Part shown: positions 57,272 through 64,000 of the stretch, one piece after another
How the letters are laid out: every line of letters starts with the position of its first letter
Position numbering within the stretch: the first letter of the stretch is position 1
Source: Bacteroidota bacterium
GTDB taxonomy: Bacteria > Bacteroidota > Bacteroidia > Flavobacteriales > BACL11
DNA: 64,000 nucleotides
Assembly: GCA_036141595.1 (NCBI GenBank)
Contig: JAYZXD010000021.1
Coordinates: forward strand, 7,969-71,968
Direction of reading: 5' to 3'
Translations under genes and position numbers: made by a program
The notes under the pieces: model-generated
What the model was told of the DNA's origin: nothing
Seen by the model: only the letters and a program-made list of their open reading frames with translations
Database searches by the model: none

Positions 57272-58411
57272 CTATTTTAGAATGGAACGCGAAATAACGA
57301 TTCTCTGAATTTCTGATGTTCCTTCATAAATTTGTGTAATTTTTGCATCTCTCATCAATCGCTCTACATGATATTCTTTAACAAAACCATATCCTCCGTG
57401 CACTTGTACAGCTTCAACGGTTGTCTTCATTGCAACTTCAGATGAAAACACTTTAGCAATAGCACTAGCTTTATCATAATTTTTGCCATTATCTTTCAAC
57501 CATGCAGCTTTTAAACACAATAATCTAGCAGCTTCAATCTCGGTAACCATGTCCGATAACTTAAATGCTATTGCTTGATGTTTTGAAATCTCTTTTCCGA
57601 AAGCTTTTCTTTGCTTTGAATACTCTAAAGATAGTTCGTACGCACCTGAAGCAATTCCTAAAGCTTGTGCTGCAATTCCAATTCTACCACCAGCCAAAGT
57701 TTTCATAGCAAAAGTAAAACCAAAACCATCATCTCCAATACGATTTTCCTTTGGCACTTTTACATCTGTAAACATTAACGAATGTGTATCAGATCCTCTT
57801 ATTCCTAGCTTATTCTCTTTTAGGCCCACAACAAATCCATCCATTCCTTTTTCAACAATAAATGCATTAATTCCTTTATAACCTTTATCAACATCTGTTT
57901 GAGCAATAACTAAAAAAACGCTTGCACTACTTCCATTGGTAATCCAATTTTTAGTTCCGTTAAGAAGATAATAATCTCCCATATCTATTGCAGTTGTTTT
58001 TTGTGATGTAGCATCAGATCCAGCTTCAGGCTCAGATAAACAAAATGCTCCTATAATTTCACCAGTTGCCAATGGCTTTAAATATTTCTCTTTTTGCTGA
58101 TCTGTCCCAAATGTTTCAATACCCCAACAAACAAGTGAGTTATTCACAGACATAATAACAGAGCAGGATGCATCAATTTTGGATATTTCTTCCATTGCTA
58201 AAACATAAGATATTGTATCCATACCTGACCCTCCATACTTAGGATCAACCATCATCCCCATAAATCCTAATTCTCCTAATTTTTGTATTTGTTCCTTCGG
58301 AAATCTCTGATGTTCATCTCTTTCAATAACTCCTGGCAATAACTCATTTTTTGCAAAATCTCTTGCAGCAGTCTTAATCATTTCATGCTCTTCGGTAAAC
58401 TTAAAATCCAT
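57272..58411 (-). CDS. Acyl-CoA dehydrogenase (short/medium-chain type)
   Basis: MDFKFTEEHEM start, CLSEPEAGSD, GGYGFVKEY, YEGTSEIQR. The ORF track's 26-aa N-terminal extension to 58489 is judged spurious. Confidence 0.92.
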   Translation of the reverse strand: MDFKFTEEHEMIKTAARDFAKNELLPGVIERDEHQRFPKEQIQKLGELGFMGMMVDPKYGGSGMDTISYVLAMEEISKIDASCSVIMSVNNSLVCWGIETFGTDQQKEKYLKPLATGEIIGAFCLSEPEAGSDATSQKTTAIDMGDYYLLNGTKNWITNGSSASVFLVIAQTDVDKGYKGINAFIVEKGMDGFVVGLKENKLGIRGSDTHSLMFTDVKVPKENRIGDDGFGFTFAMKTLAGGRIGIAAQALGIASGAYELSLEYSKQRKAFGKEISKHQAIAFKLSDMVTEIEAARLLCLKAAWLKDNGKNYDKASAIAKVFSSEVAMKTTVEAVQVHGGYGFVKEYHVERLMRDAKITQIYEGTSEIQRIVISRSILK

Positions 58412-58435
58412 TTTTTGATATTTGTTGAAAAGAAA

Positions 58436-58443
58436 CAAAAATA
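58436..58443 (-). promoter_or_regulatory. Candidate -7 promoter box for the ACAD-wza-wzz unit
   Basis: Minus strand reads TAttTTTG, 24 nt upstream of the ATG at 58411. Confidence 0.45.
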
Positions 58444-58470
58444 CACTTTTTAATCTATCTTTGGGAAATA

Positions 58471-59520
58471 ATGAAAATGAAAAACACATACAGAATACTT
58501 GGAGTTATGTCTGGCACTTCAATTGATGGACTAGACTTGGCAATATGCTCATTTAATAAAACAAAAGAATGGAATTTTAAAATTGAAAAATGTAAGACTG
58601 TAAAATACACTAAAAATTGGAAATATATATTAGGTAATTTACATAATTCAACAATACAAAATATATTAAAACATGATATAATTTATGCTAAACTAATTGC
58701 GAAAGAAATTAAAAAATTTTTAAAAAATGAAAATGTAGATTTTATAGCTTCGCATGGACATACTATCTTTCATCAGCCTGAAAAAAAATATACTTTACAA
58801 ATTGGAAATGGAAGGACAATTGCAAATATTACAAGATTAAAAACTATAACCAATTTTAGAAATTTAGATATTTCATTAGGGGGACAAGGTGCCCCTTTAG
58901 TTCCTGTAGGAGATCTGAAACTATTTAAAAATTTCAAATATTGTCTAAATATTGGAGGGATAGCAAATATCTCCATAAAAGAAAAAAACAAAATAAAAGC
59001 ATTTGATATCTGTCCAGCTAATATTGTTTTAAATAAAATTAGTAGAAAATTAAAGTTAGACTTCGATAATGAAGGGAACCTTGCAATGCAAGGCAAAATA
59101 ATAACTAAGCTATTTTCTAAGCTTAACAGCTTATCTTATTATAATAATAAATCTCCAAAATCCTTATCTAGAGAATGGGTCGAAAAAAATATAGACCCCT
59201 TAATATTGGAAAGATACAATCACAAAGATGTTTTGCATACACTATGCGAACATATGGGTAAACAAATTGGTCAATACCTTAAAGAAGGTAAAACACTAGT
59301 TACGGGAGGAGGAGCATTCAACAAATATTTAATAGAAAGATTAAAAAATTATTCTAATTCTCAAATTGTTTTACCAAATAAAAAAATTATTAATTTTAAA
59401 GAGGCAATGATTTTTGCATTTTTAGGAGTATTAAAAATACGTAATCAAAATAATTGCTTAAAATCTGTTACTGGTGCCAAACAAAATAGTTGTGGTGGAG
59501 AAATTAACAACCCCATGTAG
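58471..59520 (+). CDS. anmK: Anhydro-N-acetylmuramic acid kinase
   Basis: GVMSGTSIDGLD, NIGGIANI, DISLGGQGAPLVP, TGGGAFN. Confidence 0.88.
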   Translation: MKMKNTYRILGVMSGTSIDGLDLAICSFNKTKEWNFKIEKCKTVKYTKNWKYILGNLHNSTIQNILKHDIIYAKLIAKEIKKFLKNENVDFIASHGHTIFHQPEKKYTLQIGNGRTIANITRLKTITNFRNLDISLGGQGAPLVPVGDLKLFKNFKYCLNIGGIANISIKEKNKIKAFDICPANIVLNKISRKLKLDFDNEGNLAMQGKIITKLFSKLNSLSYYNNKSPKSLSREWVEKNIDPLILERYNHKDVLHTLCEHMGKQIGQYLKEGKTLVTGGGAFNKYLIERLKNYSNSQIVLPNKKIINFKEAMIFAFLGVLKIRNQNNCLKSVTGAKQNSCGGEINNPM

Positions 59521-59575
59521 TTAAATACTAAAAAAAAATTTTTATTCTAACAGCTTATTAATAAATTTGCAAAAG

Positions 59576-59583
59576 TAAATTTG
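59576..59583 (+). promoter_or_regulatory. Candidate -7 promoter box for the gdh-mscS-nhaD unit (a second copy lies at 59562-59569)
   Basis: TAaaTTTG, 13 nt upstream of the ATG at 59597. The motif is tandemly duplicated (AAATTTGCaaaagtAAATTTGC). Confidence 0.45.
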
Positions 59584-59596
59584 CTTGTCAAATGAT

Positions 59597-60832
59597 ATGG
59601 AAAAATTATTAAAACAGTTTGAAAAAAAAGAGCCTGAAATTGTTTTTGAATGGAAAGACACAGAAACAGAAGCAGAGGGATGGATAGTGATTAACTCTTT
59701 AAGAGGAGGAGCAGCCGCAGGAGGTACTAGAATGAGAAAAGGAGTAACAAAAGAAGAAGTTTTAGCTTTAGCTAAAACTATGGAAGTAAAATTTACTGTC
59801 TCAGGTCCCCCAATTGGTGGAGGGAAATCAGGAATTAATTTCGATCCGCATGATCCCAGAAAAGAAGAAGTACTTAAAAGATGGTTTAAAGCTGTTAAGC
59901 CTCTTCTCAAATCATACTATGGAACTGGAGGAGATATGAATGTCGATGAAGTTGATGATGTTATTCCAATATGCAGAGAAAATAAAATTTTATTTCCACT
60001 AGAAGGTGTTATTGTTGGTCATCATAAAAAAAATAAAGATGCAACTTTAAAAATAATTAACCAATTATCTGAGGGAGTCCCTTTAATTGTAAAAAACAAA
60101 GAACTAGCCCCAAATTCAAAAAAAAGCTATAGTGTTGGTGATTTAATCACAGGTTATGGTGTTGCAGAAAGCATTAGACACTACTACAACATATACCATG
60201 AAAGTAATATAAAAAATAAAAAAATAATTATACAAGGTTGGGGAAATGTTGCTGCTACAGCAGCTTATTACTTATCTAAATATGGAGGGAAAATTGTTGG
60301 TATAATTGATTTAGCAGGAGGAATAATTAACAACAATGGACTAAATTATGATGAAATTAAATCATTATTTGAAAATAGAACATCAAATTTTCTTGAAAAT
60401 GATAACCTTTTGTCATTTAGTGAAACAAATGATAAAATTTGGGGAGTAGGAGCTGAAATATTTGTGCCTGCTGCTGCCTCGCGTTTGTTATCTCAAAATC
60501 AATTAGACTCAATGATAGAAAAGGGTTTACAAGTAATATCTTCTGGAGCAAATGTTCCTTTTGCGGATAAAGAGATATTTTTTGGACCGATTTCTAAAAG
60601 TGCCGACGAAAGAATTAGTGTCATTCCAGATTTTATTGCAAATTGTGGAATGGCTAGAGTTTTTGCATATCTCATGCAAGAAAATCAAACTATTAATGAT
60701 TTAGAAATTTTTGAAGACACTTCAAAAACTATTTACAAGGCACTACAACAAACATTTTCAAAAAACAAAAAACAAAACAATATTTCTAAAACAGCATTTG
60801 AAATTGCATTAAATCAGCTGCTAGTAAAATAA
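59597..60832 (+). CDS. Glu/Leu/Phe/Val-family amino-acid dehydrogenase (glutamate dehydrogenase-like)
   Basis: Catalytic Lys region PPIGGGKSGINFDP, GGAAAGGTRM, Rossmann QGWGNVA. ATG 59597 is preferred over the TTG at 59585. Confidence 0.85.
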   Translation: MEKLLKQFEKKEPEIVFEWKDTETEAEGWIVINSLRGGAAAGGTRMRKGVTKEEVLALAKTMEVKFTVSGPPIGGGKSGINFDPHDPRKEEVLKRWFKAVKPLLKSYYGTGGDMNVDEVDDVIPICRENKILFPLEGVIVGHHKKNKDATLKIINQLSEGVPLIVKNKELAPNSKKSYSVGDLITGYGVAESIRHYYNIYHESNIKNKKIIIQGWGNVAATAAYYLSKYGGKIVGIIDLAGGIINNNGLNYDEIKSLFENRTSNFLENDNLLSFSETNDKIWGVGAEIFVPAAASRLLSQNQLDSMIEKGLQVISSGANVPFADKEIFFGPISKSADERISVIPDFIANCGMARVFAYLMQENQTINDLEIFEDTSKTIYKALQQTFSKNKKQNNISKTAFEIALNQLLVK

Positions 60833-60839
60833 AATAAAT

Positions 60840-61931
60840 ATGAAAGATTTTTTACTCAAACAATGGTTAGGAAACTCAATAGGTGACTACTTGTGGTTTT
60901 TTGGTATAATATTATTAGGCTTTTTGTTTAAAAAATTAATTTCAAAATACCTAAGCTTTCTACTTTTCAAAATTATTAAAACAAAGCATGAAAGTTTAGG
61001 ACTAGATAAATTTGATCAATTATTAATAAAGCCAATTAGTTCCTTTCTAATGCTTTCAGTGATATTTGTTGGTAGTAATAATTTAGAATATCCATCTAGC
61101 TGGAATTTAGTTAATCAAAATGAATTTGGCATAAAAATGCTGGTGAGCAGAGGATTTTCACTTTTATTTATTGGTTCGATTTTTTGGATCTTAATAAGAT
61201 TTATTGACTACATTGGTTTAATTCTTAAAAGAAATGCTGAGTTGACAGAAAATAAAATGGACGACCAACTTATTCCTTTTATTATTGAAATAAGTAAAAT
61301 CGCAGTTTATGTTATTGCAGCATTTATTGTTATGGGAAGTATTTTTAATGTAAATGTAGCAGCTCTTGCAACAGGATTAGGTATTGGAGGTATTGCATTA
61401 GCTATGGCCTCAAAAGAAAGTCTAGAAAATCTTTTAGGCTCTTTTACAATTTTTTTTGATAAACCATTTACAGTTGGTGATATTGTAACTGTTGGAAATA
61501 TAACTGGAATTGTAGAAAAAGTTGGCTTTAGAAGTACCAGAGTTAGAACTTTTGATAAAAGTTTAGTTACTGTGCCAAATAAAAAAATGATTGATGCTGA
61601 GTTAGACAATTTAGGGCTCCGCCCGGTTAGAAGAGTTAAATTTAATATTGGACTAACTTATGAAACTACAGCTGATCAAATAAAATTAATTGTAAATGAC
61701 ATTCAAGAAATTATTGATAAGCATGAAAAAACAAATCAAGATGGTAAAGTAAGATTTCAAGATTTTGGCTCTAGTTCATTAGATATTATGGTTATTTACT
61801 TTGTAAATAGCCCTAGTTGGGAAGATTTAATTAATACAAAACAAGATATAAACTATCAGATTATGGAGGTTGTTAAAAAACATAAATCTGATTTTGCTTT
61901 TCCTTCAACAACTGTTTACTTACAAAAATAA
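60840..61931 (+). CDS. Mechanosensitive ion channel family protein (MscS-like)
   Basis: Multiple TM helices, then FTVGDIVTVGNITGIVEKVGFRSTRVRTFDKSLVTVPNKKM. Confidence 0.85.
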   Translation: MKDFLLKQWLGNSIGDYLWFFGIILLGFLFKKLISKYLSFLLFKIIKTKHESLGLDKFDQLLIKPISSFLMLSVIFVGSNNLEYPSSWNLVNQNEFGIKMLVSRGFSLLFIGSIFWILIRFIDYIGLILKRNAELTENKMDDQLIPFIIEISKIAVYVIAAFIVMGSIFNVNVAALATGLGIGGIALAMASKESLENLLGSFTIFFDKPFTVGDIVTVGNITGIVEKVGFRSTRVRTFDKSLVTVPNKKMIDAELDNLGLRPVRRVKFNIGLTYETTADQIKLIVNDIQEIIDKHEKTNQDGKVRFQDFGSSSLDIMVIYFVNSPSWEDLINTKQDINYQIMEVVKKHKSDFAFPSTTVYLQK

Positions 61932-61936
61932 AATTT

Positions 61937-63244
61937 ATGGAACTTACAACAATAATTTTAATTGCATTCACTTTAGGATATGTTGCTATTGCATTAGAAC
62001 ATAATATCAAAATTGACAAAGCAGCATCTGCACTTTTTCTTGGTGGAATATGTTGGGCAATCTTTGCCTTTACAGGTATATCAACTTTAGATTTAGAGTA
62101 TGAAATTCAACATCATATTATACATATAGCAGAGATATTATTTTTCTTGTTTGGGGCTATGACAATTGTAGAAATAATTGATTCACATCAAGGATTTTCA
62201 ATAATAACTGACAAAATAAAAACCACAAACAAATTAAAATTAATTTGGATTATAAGTGCTATTTCATTTTTCTTTTCAGCGGTTTTAGACAATTTAGCAA
62301 CTGCAATAGTGATGAGTTCGCTAATTACAAAAATAATTAAAGATAAAAAAGATATATGGATGTTTGGTGGGATGGTTATTTTAGCCGCAAACGCAGGAGG
62401 TGCCTGGTCTCCAATAGGGGACGTAACAACTATTATGTTGTATGCTAAACAATACGTTAGTGAAAGTATCATTGTAGATATATTTATACCTTCCTTAGTA
62501 TGTGCAATTGTGCCGTTAATTTATTTGTCATTTAAAATAAAAGGGAATATTGAAAGAGCTGCAGAAAATAATGTAGATGATAAAAAAAATAATTTTATTG
62601 CTAAATCTGAGAGGAATTTGATATTTGTTTTAGGTGTACTCTCACTTTTATTCGTACCCATATTTAAAATTGTAACACATCTGCCTCCTTATTTAGGAAT
62701 GCTTTTGTCATTGGGCTTTTTATGGATAGTAACTGAAATAATGCATAGAAAAAAATCAACCGACATAAGATCAAAATTGTCTGTAGTATCAATTCTAAAA
62801 AAAGTAGACACACCTACAATATTCTTTTTTCTAGGCATATTATTAGCTGTATCATCATTACAATCAACAGGTCAATTAGATAGTTTAGCAAAATATTTAG
62901 ATTCTTCATTTAATGGGCAAAGTAGAGATGGAATTTATTTAATAAATATTATAATTGGATTATTATCTTCAATAGTAGATAATGTGCCTCTTGTTGCAGG
63001 TGCAATGCAAATGTACGAGGGTCTTCTTACAGATGCTGGTTTCTACCAACCAGATGGTATGTTTTGGCAATTTTTAGCATATTGTGCTGGAACAGGTGGT
63101 TCTGTTTTAATAATTGGCTCAGCTGCAGGTGTTGCGGTTATGGGAATATTAAAAATAGATTTTATTTGGTATTTAAAAAATATATCATTGCTTGCTATAA
63201 TGGGTTATCTATCGGGAGCTTTAGTTTACATTTTAATGCAATAA
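61937..63244 (+). CDS. ArsB/NhaD-superfamily permease (NhaD-type Na+/H+ antiporter-like)
   Basis: ~12 hydrophobic segments. VLDNLATAIVM and IVDNVPLVAGAM motif pair. Confidence 0.75.
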   Translation: MELTTIILIAFTLGYVAIALEHNIKIDKAASALFLGGICWAIFAFTGISTLDLEYEIQHHIIHIAEILFFLFGAMTIVEIIDSHQGFSIITDKIKTTNKLKLIWIISAISFFFSAVLDNLATAIVMSSLITKIIKDKKDIWMFGGMVILAANAGGAWSPIGDVTTIMLYAKQYVSESIIVDIFIPSLVCAIVPLIYLSFKIKGNIERAAENNVDDKKNNFIAKSERNLIFVLGVLSLLFVPIFKIVTHLPPYLGMLLSLGFLWIVTEIMHRKKSTDIRSKLSVVSILKKVDTPTIFFFLGILLAVSSLQSTGQLDSLAKYLDSSFNGQSRDGIYLINIIIGLLSSIVDNVPLVAGAMQMYEGLLTDAGFYQPDGMFWQFLAYCAGTGGSVLIIGSAAGVAVMGILKIDFIWYLKNISLLAIMGYLSGALVYILMQ

Positions 63245-63280
63245 ACAAATCTAATTTCGTTATAATAACAATAAAATAAA

Positions 63281-63970
63281 ATGAAAAAAGAAAATTTAAA
63301 ACGCTGGGGAGAGGAATCACAAACCGTAAATGAAGGTTTTTTTGACATAATTAAAGAAATGGGCCTTGGCGGTAATATTGTAATAATTATTCTATTTTTT
63401 TTATCCGTTGCTGCAATTTATATAATTATTGAGCGCTATAACACAATAAGAAAAAATAGCATTGATGATAAAAACTTTTTAAAAGAAATCAAAGATGCAA
63501 TAACCAATAATGACTTAGATAAAGCTAAAAATTTATGTGAAGAAAATAATACACCCATTGCCAGAATGATGTTTAAAGGATTAGAAAGAATAAATCAACC
63601 TATCAAAGAAATAGAAAAAGCAATTGAAAATCAAGGGCAATTTGAAATATATAAAATGGAAAATAAAATTTCAAATCTAGCAACTATTTCTGGAGCCGCC
63701 CCTATGATCGGATTTTTAGGAACTGTTATCGGTATGATTATTGCATTTCAAAAAATGGCTAGAGAAACTCAACCAAGTCCTGCTGATCTTGCTGGAGGTA
63801 TTTACACTGCAATGATTACAACTGCGGCGGGTTTAATTGTAGGTATAATTGCATACATAGCTTATAATTTTTTAGTTGGTAAAGTTGAAAAAGCTATTTT
63901 CAAGCTTGAAGCTAAAACAAGCATTTTTATAGATTTACTATATAAGAAAAATAATGCTACTAAAGAGTAA
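63281..63970 (+). CDS. exbB: MotA/TolQ/ExbB proton-channel family protein
   Basis: ISGAAPMIGFLGTVIGMI and TTAAGLIVGIIAY motifs. Followed by an exbD-like start. Confidence 0.88.
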   Translation: MKKENLKRWGEESQTVNEGFFDIIKEMGLGGNIVIIILFFLSVAAIYIIIERYNTIRKNSIDDKNFLKEIKDAITNNDLDKAKNLCEENNTPIARMMFKGLERINQPIKEIEKAIENQGQFEIYKMENKISNLATISGAAPMIGFLGTVIGMIIAFQKMARETQPSPADLAGGIYTAMITTAAGLIVGIIAYIAYNFLVGKVEKAIFKLEAKTSIFIDLLYKKNNATKE

Positions 63971-64000
63971 AAACAAAATAAGTCCAAATTTTAATATGTC
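63954..64000 (+). CDS. exbD: 5' end of an ExbD/TolR-family gene (truncated by the window edge)
   Basis: ATG at 63954 overlaps the exbB 3' end. MLLKSKNKISPNFNM... resembles the basic N terminus preceding the ExbD TM helix. Only 15 codons are visible. Confidence 0.55.
   Translation, partial: MLLKSKNKISPNFNM

Noticed and set aside
58412-58489. 26-aa N-terminal extension of the acyl-CoA dehydrogenase (and similar TTG/GTG-initiated extensions of ung, rlmB, the PAP2 gene, porU, the PorP/SprF gene, the small OMP and the dehydrogenase at 59585)
   Set aside because: The extensions have no homology-like content. They overlap neighbouring genes or promoter boxes. A downstream ATG gives a canonical N terminus or signal peptide.
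59542-59910. 122-aa ORF antisense to the 5' end of the Glu/Leu/Phe/Val dehydrogenase gene
   Set aside because: Its Pro/Ala/Gly-rich stretches (PPIGGPE, PPAAAPP) are simply the reverse complement of the Gly-rich dehydrogenase motifs. It has no start context or promoter box.
63064-63279. 71-aa ORF overlapping the 3' end of the NhaD-like gene and the following gap
   Set aside because: It is an alternate frame of a membrane-protein gene, Cys/Phe-rich with no coherent features and no promoter box.
1-64000. Search for mobile elements, prophage remnants, toxin-antitoxin pairs, restriction-modification or other defence islands, rRNA and larger ncRNAs (tmRNA, RNase P, 6S, SRP)
   Set aside because: No ORF shows transposase, integrase, recombinase, Cas, or restriction/helicase-nuclease motifs. 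Apart from the gap holding the tRNA gene, no non-coding gap exceeds ~140 nt, and the longest one is occupied by the riboswitch candidate. There is no room for such elements.

Overview
This is 64 kb of visibly AT-rich DNA (about 30% G+C by eye, not computed). It is extremely gene-dense: by my tally only about 1.9 kb is non-coding, and many genes are separated by 0-10 nt or overlap. It looks like core chromosome of a Bacteroidota/Flavobacteriia-type organism. Supporting evidence is the type IX secretion (T9SS)/gliding genes porV, porU, a PorP/SprF-family gene and gldJ; three proteins with C-terminal T9SS sorting domains; recurrent TAnnTTTG -7 promoter boxes; an archaeal-type proS; and a PafA-like phosphatase. 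Most content is housekeeping: dtd, rsgA, metK, lpd, hpt, adk, obg, aroB, aroA, upp, rpsT, proS, lpxK, gatB, lpxH, lipA, ung, rlmB, ispF, murF, anmK, exbB/exbD and others. There is one tRNA (Glu-UUC). I found no rRNA, CRISPR, transposase, integrase or phage genes, and no recognisable defence island. I do not see an unambiguous new multi-gene system. The best candidates for something undescribed are: (i) a self-contained two-gene unit (25142-27493) pairing a Tyr-rich, Asn/Arg-repeat disordered lipoprotein with a FadL/PorV/PorQ-like outer-membrane barrel; (ii) a G8 homopolymer, the longest G/C run I found, inside a Cys-cluster-bearing GT9 glycosyltransferase-like gene (possible phase variation); (iii) a SAM-II/SAM-V-like pseudoknot leader of metK with an odd expression platform; (iv) an orphan PorP/SprF paralogue inserted between porU and gldJ; (v) an unannotated 41-aa lipoprotein ORF leading a TTG-initiated lipA. 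All family assignments come from motif recognition by eye; no searches or folding programs were run.
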